Origin: Minisyncoccota bacterium
Lineage (GTDB): Bacteria > Patescibacteriota > Minisyncoccia > UBA6257
Reading direction: 5' to 3'
Assembly (NCBI GenBank): GCA_028695015.1
Contig: JAQVJR010000001.1
Span: forward strand, 180,498 to 244,497
Length of the DNA: 64,000 bases
The position numbers and the translations under genes are program-made. The stretch's first letter is position 1. Every line of letters begins with the position of its first letter. Positions 1-8,875 of the stretch are shown here, one piece after another. The notes beneath the pieces were generated by a model that was not told the origin of the DNA, searched no databases, and worked only from the letters and a program-made list of their open reading frames with translations.

Positions 1-979
1 GTTCTAGAGACAATAAATCAAGTTTCATATTATTATAACAGTCAACATCTCTAAAAAACTGCTCTTGAATCTTATCGCAAATAGATGGATCTTGTTTGGA
101 TACAGCTATATATTGATAGCAAATATCTTTTGTGCTGAGATTTGGGTACCTTATTTCTTCCTGCCCATCAATCTTGTCACAGATAGATGGATCTTGTTTT
201 AATGTAGCAATTTCTAAATAACAATAATCTTTTCTTTTTTGATCTTGTATCTTATCGCAAATAGATGAATCTTGCCTAGATCGAGCAACACGCCAATAAC
301 AAGAATCTTTTCTTTTTTGATCTTGTATCAACTTACAGATAGAAAAGTTTTGCCTAGACTCAGCAACTTTTAAATAGCAATAATCTTTTCTTTCTTGATC
401 TTGTATTTTATCACAAGTATTCTCATCGTATAATTCAACAATTGAAGCTTTTTTAACACAACGAACGGAAATCTTCAAGTCTGATTCAAAAAGCTGTGGA
501 GATGTAATGTAACCAAAAATCCCCCACCCAGAAAACCCACACCTTGGATCTCCAAATCTAGAAGACGACCAATAGTAATGACCTGATGGACTCGATGGGT
601 AGCAAACATTAGAATCCCAATTGTTTTTAAAATTAAAATTCCCAAAAAGATCCCTACTATCACAAACTACATAAAGATAGTTCTCGGTGTATAAATCCTC
701 TAAAGTAGTAATATCAGGAAGCTCCCAACCTCCTGTTTTTGCATAGACTAAGTCTTGGCATGCACTAACAGCTTCTTCTTGATAATAGCCCCCCGGCAAA
801 GTATAACTCCACATATTTCCTTCATGGTCGCAATAGACTTTATTTCTTCCAATAGTAATTGAAAATCCTTTGTTTCTACTGCAGTCTCCGCTAAGTTTAT
901 TCTTGTCCGCTGATGCCCAAAACAATAGTCCACCCATTATAACGAACAAAATAAAAGATATTATAATTGCTTTTTTCAT
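1..979 (-). CDS. Exported protein with DUF1566/C-type-lectin-like domain followed by ~26-aa Cys repeats; runs off the window start and is absent from the ORF track
   Basis: Manual translation from ATG at 979: MKKAIIISFILFVIMGGLLFWASA... with motifs A-x2-A-C-x-D-L, GWELP, YWSSS and SVRCV, then 5 repeats of the CDKIQDQ.RKDYCY type; frame open to position 1. Confidence 0.8.
   Translation of the reverse strand, partial: MKKAIIISFILFVIMGGLLFWASADKNKLSGDCSRNKGFSITIGRNKVYCDHEGNMWSYTLPGGYYQEEAVSACQDLVYAKTGGWELPDITTLEDLYTENYLYVVCDSRDLFGNFNFKNNWDSNVCYPSSPSGHYYWSSSRFGDPRCGFSGWGIFGYITSPQLFESDLKISVRCVKKASIVELYDENTCDKIQDQERKDYCYLKVAESRQNFSICKLIQDQKRKDSCYWRVARSRQDSSICDKIQDQKRKDYCYLEIATLKQDPSICDKIDGQEEIRYPNLSTKDICYQYIAVSKQDPSICDKIQEQFFRDVDCYNNMKLDLLSLE
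225..420. repeat. 78-bp tandem coding repeat (Cys-repeat units)
   Basis: aatctttt(t)ct..ttgatcttgtat recurs near 225, 304 and 382 (period about 78 bp, 26 aa). Confidence 0.75.
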
Positions 980-1044
980 ATTTATATTATTAATTATTAC
1001 AATTTTATTATATCACATGCTTGAACATTCTCCGCCATCAATTA

Positions 1045-1071
1045 AAAAAGCCTTTCTAATAAAGGCTTTTT
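1045..1071. terminator. Intrinsic terminator-like hairpin
   Basis: AAAAAGCCTTT-ctaat-AAAGGCTTTTT. Confidence 0.7.
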
Positions 1072-1075
1072 AGGT

Positions 1076-1120
1076 CTGCAGGGCCTAGTGGATGAAGTTC
1101 GAACCTATTTTATAGGTTAA
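1076..1120 (+). mobile_element. Putative att junction / orphan 3' tip of a large serine recombinase gene
   Basis: Shares GCAGGG...TCGAACCT with the antisense 3' end of tRNA-Trp (2791-2814); reads LQGLVDEVRTYFIG-stop. Confidence 0.45.
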
Positions 1121-1148
1121 TCTATATTATCCTTTTATATATTTATGA

Positions 1149-2702
1149 CTACTCTGGAACACAAAGAATATGGCTTGGGGTACCAAAAAAAAGAGCCTCA
1201 AGATCAGAAGTCCAAATTTCTCTGTTTGCATATTGATAACAAATATCTCTATTTGTTTTATTCTTTATTTGCTCACAAATATAGTTTTTTTCTTTATTAC
1301 CAACAAAATAATTATAGTTATTAGTAATAGAAGAAGAATATCTTTCCTCCCTTCCGATTATTCCTACATAACAAAAATCTTTAAGATTTTGATCTTTTAT
1401 TTTATTACAAAGTTTTATATTTTTTGCAAAACTTGTAGCCCTGAAATCACGACAAGATTCATTAATTTCTAAATAACAATAATCTCTGTATTTTCTTATC
1501 GGTATTTGCTCACAAATAGTAAAATCTTCTTGAATTTTTTGAATTTCTTTATGACATTCATCTTTTATATATTCATCTTTAATTCTTTCACATAAAGAGG
1601 AGTCGTATTGTGATATGGCCAACTGTTTATTACAATAATCTTTGTTAATTTCTTCTTTTACATTTTTGCAAAGAGATAATGGATTTTCATAAGCTGAAAT
1701 ATTTATCCTAAATTCAATAAGACTAGAAAAACAATACTCTTTTGTAGATTCACTCGGGAGTTTTTCACAAATAGATAGATCTCCTAAGGTAGCTTTGGCA
1801 ATATCAATATAACAATTGTAATATTGATATTGGTTAATAGATACTTTCTTGCAAAGAGAAAAATCTAGTTTTTTAATGGCTATCCTGAAATAACAATTAT
1901 CTCTATCTCCCGGTAGTTCTATTTTTTCACAAACAGAGAGATTCATGTTAAGGATGCCAAGTTTTCTATAACATGCACTTTCATAATATCTTTCAAATAT
2001 CTTATCACAAATAGATAAGTCATTTTTTAGCTCTGCTAAGTCTACATAACACTCGCCCTTACGATCTCGGCCTTTTATTTTATCACAAATAGATAAGTCT
2101 TCTTGAAGCTTAGCTAAATGTCTAAAACAATAATCTTTATCTTCTTGATATTCTATCTTATCACAAAAAGACAAGTCATTTATTTGTCTAACGAAATATC
2201 GATAACAATTACTTTTATATTCTGGGGTTAATATTTTTTCACAAAAAGAAAAATCTTCCTGTAAGGTAACTACATCTTGATAGCAACTACCTTTATATTC
2301 TTCAACTGTTATCTTGTCGCAAATAGATAAATCATTTTTAAATTTAGCAAGGTGCTTATAACAATCATATTTATATCTTGGTGATGTTTTCTCACAAAGA
2401 GATAAATCATTTTTTATTATGGCCATATCATGATAGCAAATATCTTTAAGTTCAATTACAGCATATGGAATTATTTGTGTGCTTGATATCTTGTCACAAA
2501 TAGATGAATCTTCCTCTACAATAGCAACATCAAAATAACATTGATCTTTATAAAATTCATTCATTATTTGATCACAATCATTCAAAGTTATTTCTTTATT
2601 TAATTTGTTTTTTGTAACAAAATGATAACTTATAAAGATGAAAAATAAAAAAACCAACGCTAGTAGAATAGTTATGGATGTTTTTATGTTAAATATTTTC
2701 AT
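1149..2702 (-). CDS. Membrane-anchored Cys-rich repeat protein
   Basis: N-terminal TM helix and 16 repeats of C-[DE]-K-I-x(7-8)-C-Y with a D-x-S-I-C linker. Confidence 0.85.
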   Translation of the reverse strand: MKIFNIKTSITILLALVFLFFIFISYHFVTKNKLNKEITLNDCDQIMNEFYKDQCYFDVAIVEEDSSICDKISSTQIIPYAVIELKDICYHDMAIIKNDLSLCEKTSPRYKYDCYKHLAKFKNDLSICDKITVEEYKGSCYQDVVTLQEDFSFCEKILTPEYKSNCYRYFVRQINDLSFCDKIEYQEDKDYCFRHLAKLQEDLSICDKIKGRDRKGECYVDLAELKNDLSICDKIFERYYESACYRKLGILNMNLSVCEKIELPGDRDNCYFRIAIKKLDFSLCKKVSINQYQYYNCYIDIAKATLGDLSICEKLPSESTKEYCFSSLIEFRINISAYENPLSLCKNVKEEINKDYCNKQLAISQYDSSLCERIKDEYIKDECHKEIQKIQEDFTICEQIPIRKYRDYCYLEINESCRDFRATSFAKNIKLCNKIKDQNLKDFCYVGIIGREERYSSSITNNYNYFVGNKEKNYICEQIKNKTNRDICYQYANREIWTSDLEALFFGTPSHILCVPE

Positions 2703-2762
2703 GTATTTATATACTATATCTTTATTTTATCATAAACTTTACTACTTTGTAATTCTAAATTA

Positions 2763-2785
2763 AAAAGCCTTATTTTAAGGCTTTT
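2763..2785 (-). terminator. Terminator of the tRNA/rpmG transcript
   Basis: AAAAGCCTTA-ttt-TAAGGCTTTT immediately 3' of tRNA-Trp. Confidence 0.75.
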
Positions 2786-2791
2786 AAAAAG

Positions 2792-2864
2792 CAGGGGCGA
2801 CAGGACTCGAACCTGCAACCAACGGTTTTGGAGACCGCTACTCTGCCAATTGAGCTACGCCCCT
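2792..2864 (-). tRNA. trnW: tRNA-Trp (CCA)
   Basis: Cloverleaf AGGGGCG...CGCCCCTG, anticodon loop CTCCAAA, T-loop GTTCGAG. Confidence 0.95.
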
Positions 2865-2890
2865 TCTAGAATATATTTTATCAAATATTG

Positions 2891-3049
2891 TTATTTTTTG
2901 CCTTCTTTGTGAATTGTATGTTTACGACACCAAGGACAATATTTTTTAAATTCTAACTTACGCTCAACTAATTTCTTATTACGTCGAGTATAGTAATTTA
3001 TTTGTTTGCATTCTGTGCATTGTAATTTAACAATATGTTCTTTTTTCAT
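2891..3049 (-). CDS. rpmG: 50S ribosomal protein L33 (Zn-binding type)
   Basis: Manual translation [52 protein letters not shown]. Confidence 0.95.
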   Translation of the reverse strand: MKKEHIVKLQCTECKQINYYTRRNKKLVERKLEFKKYCPWCRKHTIHKEGKK

Positions 3050-3079
3050 AACTGATTTTTACTGTTTATTATTGCTCTG

Positions 3080-3151
3080 AGCCGAAGGTGGGAATTGAAC
3101 CCACGACCTCTTTCTTACCAAGAAAGCGTTCTGCCACTGAACTACTTCGGC
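3080..3151 (-). tRNA. trnT: tRNA-Thr (GGT)
   Basis: Cloverleaf GCCGAAG...CTTCGGCT, anticodon loop TTGGTAA. Confidence 0.95.
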
Positions 3152-3162
3152 TTAGGTTCTAG

Positions 3163-3246
3163 TGGGCAGGATAGGATTCGAACCTATGTAGGCCTAAGGC
3201 CGCGAGATTTACAGTCTCGTGCAATTGTCCACTCTGCCACCTGCCC
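3163..3246 (-). tRNA. trnY: tRNA-Tyr (GTA)
   Basis: Cloverleaf with long variable arm, anticodon loop CTGTAAA. Confidence 0.95.
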
Positions 3247-3254
3247 AAATTAAG

Positions 3255-3326
3255 AGCCGAGGAGAGGATTCGAACCTCCAACCTACGGTTTACAAAACCG
3301 TTGCTCTGCCGTTGAGCTACCTCGGC
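3255..3326 (-). tRNA. trnT: tRNA-Thr (TGT)
   Basis: Cloverleaf GCCGAGG...CCTCGGCT, anticodon loop TTTGTAA. Confidence 0.95.
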
Positions 3327-3337
3327 ATTAAAGATAA

Positions 3338-3937
3338 TTATCTAGCACCACCTCTTTTTTCATACAGCTCAATTAATAAATCCTGCACCACATTATCTTC
3401 TTTATTCAAATGATAAGCTTGTAGTAGGGCCCAACGAGCAGAAGAAAAATCCTCTCGCCAGAGATAAATACGAGCTAAGTTTTTAAAAGCAGCTAAATTC
3501 TCTGGGCTCTTACTGATTTTTTTTAATAATTTCTTTTCTTCTTGTAAACTATCAAGCTTTGTATCTATTTCTGCATTATTTTCCAAAGATGTTTTTTCAG
3601 CAAAAGATTTTATAATATCTTCACTTCCTTTAAAATTAGGTGTTTTTCTCCTAATCCTTATCTTTGTTAAATTTGCTGAAATTGTTTTATCAATTCTTAA
3701 TACTATTATCCGAGAACGAACTAGTACTTTTTCTGTTAAAGAATAAATACCACTACCAACTTTTTTATAACTTAACTTTGTCTGTAGTTTTTCCAGCAGT
3801 TTTTTCTTTTCTTTTTTTATTTTTGCTAATTCCTCTTCTCCCTTAATAATAGATTCTTTGTTTTGTCTGTATTGAAATATGTAAACCAATCCAGCAATTC
3901 CTAAAATAATAAGAAGGGAAGGAATAATATTAAACAT
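3338..3937 (-). CDS. Hypothetical membrane-anchored protein with C-terminal TPR-like helix pair
   Basis: N-terminal TM; PENLAAFKNLARIY...A...AY pattern. Confidence 0.7.
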   Translation of the reverse strand: MFNIIPSLLIILGIAGLVYIFQYRQNKESIIKGEEELAKIKKEKKKLLEKLQTKLSYKKVGSGIYSLTEKVLVRSRIIVLRIDKTISANLTKIRIRRKTPNFKGSEDIIKSFAEKTSLENNAEIDTKLDSLQEEKKLLKKISKSPENLAAFKNLARIYLWREDFSSARWALLQAYHLNKEDNVVQDLLIELYEKRGGAR

Positions 3938-3940
3938 ATC

Positions 3941-4528
3941 TTAGATTTGGAAACGAATAAAACGACTAATTTCTATTTTCTCACCAAATTTAGCTGTTGC
4001 TTCCTTAATCAATTGTTCAATAGTTTTTGTTTCATCTTTGATATATGCTTGCTGCTCTAGACAAAGTTCTAAGAAATCCTTTTCTAACTTGCCTTTTATT
4101 ATCTTCTCTACAATCTCAGGTGGTTTTTTTGAACCTTTTAATTCTTCAGTATATTCTTTTCTCTGTGCCTCAATGATTTCCTGAGGCATTTTATCAAAAG
4201 AAACATATTTTGGGTTTAAAGCAGTAACCTGCATGGCTAAATTATAAGCCAATTGTTTAAATTCTGTGTTCTTAGCTACAAAATCTGTTTCACAACGTAA
4301 TTCTATTAAAGCTCCTACCTGATGATTTGAATGAATATAAGCTTCAACCACTCCACTCTTAGTGCGACTCTCTCCTTTTTCTTCTGCCCTTAATTCTCCT
4401 CTTTTTTTTAAAATTTCACCAGCTTTTTCTAAATTACCTTCAGCTTCTTCTAAAGCTTTTTTACATTCTACTACTGGTGATTGAGTTTGTTCTCTTAATT
4501 TTTGAATATCTTGTATTTTAGCTTTCAT
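3941..4528 (-). CDS. tsf: Elongation factor Ts (short form)
   Basis: LREQT..CKKAL and ELRCETDFVA motifs; downstream of rpsB. Confidence 0.97.
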   Translation of the reverse strand: MKAKIQDIQKLREQTQSPVVECKKALEEAEGNLEKAGEILKKRGELRAEEKGESRTKSGVVEAYIHSNHQVGALIELRCETDFVAKNTEFKQLAYNLAMQVTALNPKYVSFDKMPQEIIEAQRKEYTEELKGSKKPPEIVEKIIKGKLEKDFLELCLEQQAYIKDETKTIEQLIKEATAKFGEKIEISRFIRFQI

Positions 4529-4555
4529 TGTATTTGTATAGTTATTAATTATAAT

Positions 4556-5293
4556 TTAAGGTTTTTCTATTATTGCATCAATTTTAGATAAAATATATTT
4601 TATTGAAGATCTAGCACTATCATTTGCTGGAATTGGATAATCCACTAGTGTAGGATCATCATCAGTATCAAGGATTGAAATAATAGGAATCTCTTTTTTC
4701 TGAGCTTCTCTAATTGCTGTTTTATGAATCTTAGGATCAACAATAAACAAAGCGTCTGGTAATTGAGACATCTTTTTTAAACCAATAAACTTCTGCTCTA
4801 AATCATAAATCTCTTCTTCTAATTTCTTTTTTTCTTGTTTAGTATAATTACTCCATTCACCTGATTTTTGCTTCTCCTCTAATTCTTGCAAGTGCTTAAT
4901 CCTATCACTAAGTGTTTGAAAATTTGTCAAAGTTCCTCCTAACCATCGATTTATCACATAAGGAAAATCATGCTTTTTGCTTAATTCCTCTACTGCCTTT
5001 TGTGCTCCTCCTGTAGTGCCAACAAAAAGAATCATCCCTTTCTTCTTAATTATTTCTTTAATAAAATCTATTGCTGCCTGAAGCCCCTTCTTTGTTTCAT
5101 TCAAATCAATTAAAGCAATTTCTGCTGATGATTTTAAGGTAAAATAACCAGCCCGAGGGTGATTATAAGTTCTCTTATGACCATAATGCAAACCTGCTTT
5201 TTTCATTTCTTCCAAATCATTGTCTTTTTGATTCTTTTCAGCATCTAGTATCTCTTCAGGGTCAATTATTTGTGAGTTTTTATTTTCTGTCAT
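4556..5293 (-). CDS. rpsB: 30S ribosomal protein S2
   Basis: AGLHYGH, RWLGGTLTNF and PIPANDS motifs; start set at MTENK, downstream of a TTGATT-17-TAAATT promoter. Confidence 0.97.
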   Translation of the reverse strand: MTENKNSQIIDPEEILDAEKNQKDNDLEEMKKAGLHYGHKRTYNHPRAGYFTLKSSAEIALIDLNETKKGLQAAIDFIKEIIKKKGMILFVGTTGGAQKAVEELSKKHDFPYVINRWLGGTLTNFQTLSDRIKHLQELEEKQKSGEWSNYTKQEKKKLEEEIYDLEQKFIGLKKMSQLPDALFIVDPKIHKTAIREAQKKEIPIISILDTDDDPTLVDYPIPANDSARSSIKYILSKIDAIIEKP

Positions 5294-5352
5294 AGTGTGT
5301 TTTAATTTACCATAAAAAGTACCTAGAATCAAGAAAAACAAATAATTTAAAT

Positions 5353-5420
5353 AAAAAAAACGCTGTGATCGTTAAAAATCACAGCGTTCCAGTGGGGTTG
5401 CTCTCTTTAGAAGAGAGCAC
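5353..5420 (-). ncRNA. Candidate small RNA with two hairpins and a U-tail
   Basis: TTGACT-17-TAATAT promoter (5453-5425), hairpin GCTCTCTT/AAGAGAGC, terminator AACGCTGTGAT/ATCACAGCGTT followed by a U-run. Confidence 0.55.
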
Positions 5421-5498
5421 TGACATATTAGCATATTCTAAATTATAAGTCAAGTCTTAATTGATTTTAAAAATGTTTTCTGTTATTATAGATTTGCT

Positions 5499-5792
5499 AT
5501 GAAAAAGAACATTCATCCCCCATATTATAACAAAGCAAAAGCAACTTGTACTTGCGGTGCTGAGTTTTCTGTGAGGGCAACAACAGAAAAAATAGAAGTG
5601 GAAATCTGTTCTCAGTGTCATCCTTTTTATACTGGACAAAAAAAATTAGTTGACACCACAGGACAAGTACAAAAATTTAAAAAACGTCTTGAAAAGACAG
5701 AAACTCTAGCTGTTAAAAAACCCCCAAAGAAAAGAATCAAAAAAGATAAAGAAACAAGCCGAAAATCAAAAACCAAACAAGAAGCTAAATGA
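5499..5792 (+). CDS. rpmE: 50S ribosomal protein L31 with basic C-terminal tail
   Basis: [21 protein letters not shown]. Confidence 0.97.
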   Translation: MKKNIHPPYYNKAKATCTCGAEFSVRATTEKIEVEICSQCHPFYTGQKKLVDTTGQVQKFKKRLEKTETLAVKKPPKKRIKKDKETSRKSKTKQEAK

Positions 5793-6838
5793 ATTTGAAT
5801 ACACTACAAAAGAAAAAAGAAGAACTTTTAAAGAAACTCAGCAACCCTGAGTTTCTTTCTGATAAGGCAAAATTTGAACAAGCTTCTCGTGAATTAAAAA
5901 AAATTGAAAAAGAGCTTCATATTCAAAAAGAAATAGCCCGGGCAGAAAAAAAGATAAAAGAAGCAGAGGAAATCTTAGCTGAAGAAACTGATAGTGAGCT
6001 CTTGGACCTAGCTAAAGAAGAATTACAAAAAAACACATCTTTAAAGGAAACTTTATTCCAAAAACTCCAAGCTGAAGAAGATTCTAATAATAGCTTAAAT
6101 AATATTAAAAGCATTATCCTTGAAATTAGAGCTGGTACTGGAGGTGAAGAAGCAGCTTTATTTGCCCTAGATTTATTCACAATGTATAATCGTTATGCTA
6201 ATATCCAAGGCTGGCCAATAAAAGTAATTGATATTAGCAAAACTTCTCTTGGGGGATTAAAAGAAGGTATCTTAGAAATAGATAACAAAGAATCTTTTAA
6301 TGAATTAAAACAAGAAGCTGGTGTTCATCGAGTACAAAGAGTACCTATTACAGAAAAATCAGGACGAATTCATACTTCCACAGCTACAGTGGCTGTCTTG
6401 CCCCAAATAAAAAATATTGAAATAAAAATTAAACCAGAAGAAATCGAGGAAACTTTTTTCAGGTCTTCTGGGCCTGGTGGTCAAAATGTCAATAAAGTAG
6501 AAACTGCTGTTCGCATTCTTCATAAGCCAACTGGTATATTTGTTGCCTGCCAAAGTGAAAGACATCAAAACCAAAACAGAGAAAAAGCTCTTGAGATTTT
6601 GAAAAATAAATTACATGACCTTCAAGAAGAAGAACAGATTGGTAAAGCAAAAAAAGAAAGGCGCAGCCAAATAGGCAGCGCCGAAAGAAGCGAAAAAATA
6701 CGCACCTATAACTTCCCTCAAGACCGTATTACTGACCACCGCTTAAAAAAATCATGGCATCATATTGATGAAGTTTTAAGCGGAGAAGGATTAAAAGATA
6801 TTATACAAGCATTTAAAAAGGAATATCATCAGACATAA
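5789..6838 (+). CDS. prfA: Peptide chain release factor 1
   Basis: GGQ motif, PIT (PxT) tripeptide, [10 protein letters not shown]. Confidence 0.97.
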   Translation: MNLNTLQKKKEELLKKLSNPEFLSDKAKFEQASRELKKIEKELHIQKEIARAEKKIKEAEEILAEETDSELLDLAKEELQKNTSLKETLFQKLQAEEDSNNSLNNIKSIILEIRAGTGGEEAALFALDLFTMYNRYANIQGWPIKVIDISKTSLGGLKEGILEIDNKESFNELKQEAGVHRVQRVPITEKSGRIHTSTATVAVLPQIKNIEIKIKPEEIEETFFRSSGPGGQNVNKVETAVRILHKPTGIFVACQSERHQNQNREKALEILKNKLHDLQEEEQIGKAKKERRSQIGSAERSEKIRTYNFPQDRITDHRLKKSWHHIDEVLSGEGLKDIIQAFKKEYHQT

Positions 6839-7256
6839 TCTCTCCTGAATCTTCTTCTAAAACTGGTAAGTCTTCAATTCCTGCCTCTGGTTGTTCTGGA
6901 GGCATTTTAAATTGATCTTCTTCTTGCATTCTCCTTGGACCAAATCTAACATTTTCAGCCACAATTTCTGTTCTAGTTCTTTTTTGTTCATTTGTATCAA
7001 CCCAGCTTCTTGTTCTTATCCTTCCCTCAACTAATACTGAGCGTCCTTTTGCAAGATATTGATTACAAAGTTCAGCCATTTTCCCCCAAACAACTACATT
7101 ATGAAACTCTGCTTCTTGTTGCCTTTGTCCACTCGCATCATTCCAAACTCGATTAGTTGCTACTCCAAAATTAGCCACTGAACGCCCTGAAGGAGTGGTT
7201 CGAAGATCAACATCTCGAGTTAAATTTCCAATAATAAAAACTTTATTTAAATACAT
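6813..7256 (-). CDS. ssb: Single-stranded DNA-binding protein
   Basis: [10 protein letters not shown] start and DDIPF tail. Confidence 0.97.
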   Translation of the reverse strand: MYLNKVFIIGNLTRDVDLRTTPSGRSVANFGVATNRVWNDASGQRQQEAEFHNVVVWGKMAELCNQYLAKGRSVLVEGRIRTRSWVDTNEQKRTRTEIVAENVRFGPRRMQEEDQFKMPPEQPEAGIEDLPVLEEDSGEIMSDDIPF

Positions 7257-7291
7257 GGTTTTTTATTGTTAATTTTCGACCAAAGCCACCA

Positions 7292-7792
7292 TTATTTGTT
7301 CAAAATTTCATTTAGCTTTTTATCTAATTCCTCTACACTAATTTCTGTTTCTGGTTTTTTATCTACTAAAGTTTCTTTTGATTCTTTATCTTCTTTTAAT
7401 AATAAATCATCTTTTGTTTGTGATTTTAATAATGATTTTTTAAAAGTAGAAGGAGAAATTTTAATTGTTTTCTTTATTTCCTTGCGCACAATAATAAAAC
7501 GAATCAAATCAGTATTAAGATTTAATTTTTTCTGTAAAGCATTAATTAAGTTTTTTGCTAATCCAAATTGAATAAAGGCAAAATAGGCATTCAAATGAAT
7601 GGCCTTACTTTTCCTTATTGGATAACCTAAAGGTTTTAATTGAGGTAATTGAGAAACATTTATAATTGCACCCATCCCTTCTAATTCTTTTAACAAGCTA
7701 TTAAACTTTAATTCAGCTTCCTTTTCATTAAACTCTGGAGAAAGCCAAAGAGTTAATTCATAATTGAAAATATTTTTTTCTTTTTTCACCAT
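7292..7792 (-). CDS. rpsF: 30S ribosomal protein S6 with C-terminal extension
   Basis: YEL..L.P, LGYPIRK and LIRFIIVR motifs; upstream of ssb. Confidence 0.9.
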   Translation of the reverse strand: MVKKEKNIFNYELTLWLSPEFNEKEAELKFNSLLKELEGMGAIINVSQLPQLKPLGYPIRKSKAIHLNAYFAFIQFGLAKNLINALQKKLNLNTDLIRFIIVRKEIKKTIKISPSTFKKSLLKSQTKDDLLLKEDKESKETLVDKKPETEISVEELDKKLNEILNK

Positions 7793-7796
7793 AATG

Positions 7797-8822
7797 CTAT
7801 GTTTTTATTATTTGTTGCCAAAGATTCTTTGCTATCTTTGGGTTTTCTTTTAAGAAATTTCTTGCTACTTCAAAACCAACTCCTAATTTTATATCTCCAA
7901 AACTAAAGGTTAGTCCAGATTTTTTCACTATCTCTTTTTTTAATCCTAAATTTAATAAATCTCCACTAAAAGATATTCCTTCATTATAAAGAATATCAAA
8001 TTCTGTTTCTCTGAATGGAGGAGCTACTTTATTCTTAACCACTTTTACTTTAATTCGCGAACCAATAATCTCTTCGCTTTTTTTAATCTGGGCTGTTCTC
8101 CTTAATTCAATCCTCACTGAGCTATAAAACTTTAATGCCTTGCCTCCTGGTGTTGTGGTTGGATTACCAAACATAACCATTCCTATCTGCATTCTTGTCT
8201 GATTAGTAAAAATGATTGCTGTATTAGTTTTTGCAGCAATGCCAGTTAATTTCCTTAAAGCTCGACTCATTAAGCGTGCTTGTAAACCTATGGTCTGATC
8301 TCCCATTTCTCCTTCAATCTCTGCTTGTGGTGTTAAAGCAGCTACAGAATCCACAATAATCAAATTAATAACTCCTGAACGAACTAAAGATTCCACAATA
8401 TCTAAGGCTTGCTCTCCATTATCTGGTTGGGAAATTAATAAATCTTTAACTTTAACCCCTATCTTTTGAGCATAATCTGGATCTAAGGCATGTTCTGAAT
8501 CAATAAATGCAGCCTTGCCTCCTTTTTTTTGCACCTCAGCAACAATATGAAGAACTAATGTTGTTTTTCCTGAAGACTCAGCACCATAAATTTCTGTAAT
8601 CCTGCCACGAGGAATTCCACCAACTCCAAGGGCTAAATCTAAAGAAGGAGAACCAGTAGGAATAACATCAACATTAACTTTTTTAACCCCTCCTAATTTC
8701 ATTATCGCCCCTTCTCCAAATTTATCTTGTAAATCTTTTAAGGTTTGTTCTAAAACCTGATCTTCTTTTGTTCCTTTATTCTCTAATTTACTTTTTGTTG
8801 TTTTTAATGATTTTTTTGCCAT
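7797..8822 (-). CDS. recA: Recombinase A
   Basis: [27 protein letters not shown]; start set at MAKKS. Confidence 0.98.
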   Translation of the reverse strand: MAKKSLKTTKSKLENKGTKEDQVLEQTLKDLQDKFGEGAIMKLGGVKKVNVDVIPTGSPSLDLALGVGGIPRGRITEIYGAESSGKTTLVLHIVAEVQKKGGKAAFIDSEHALDPDYAQKIGVKVKDLLISQPDNGEQALDIVESLVRSGVINLIIVDSVAALTPQAEIEGEMGDQTIGLQARLMSRALRKLTGIAAKTNTAIIFTNQTRMQIGMVMFGNPTTTPGGKALKFYSSVRIELRRTAQIKKSEEIIGSRIKVKVVKNKVAPPFRETEFDILYNEGISFSGDLLNLGLKKEIVKKSGLTFSFGDIKLGVGFEVARNFLKENPKIAKNLWQQIIKT

Positions 8823-8875
8823 ATTGATAAAAATTATATTAACAATTATTAAAAAGTTCTGCAACTTACATATTT

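Noticed and set aside
455-580. Active diversity-generating retroelement
   Set aside because: No reverse transcriptase or template repeat is seen in the window, and the codons here are not clearly of the adenine-mutagenesis pattern.
475-1472. Short ORFs 475-663, 748-933, 870-1073 and 1170-1472
   Set aside because: They are alternate-frame or antisense shadows of the real genes at 1-979 and 1149-2702.
2792-2864. Alternative genetic code (UGA recoding as in Gracilibacteria)
   Set aside because: Core genes translate full length under code 11, TGA terminates prfA and rpmE, and no UCA-anticodon tRNA is present in the window.
3219-3413. 64-aa ORF containing RGEDSNLQP
   Set aside because: It is an antisense translation of tRNA genes.
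6813-6838. Convergent overlap of prfA and ssb as antisense regulation
   Set aside because: Short 3' overlaps are common in compact genomes, and there is no further evidence.
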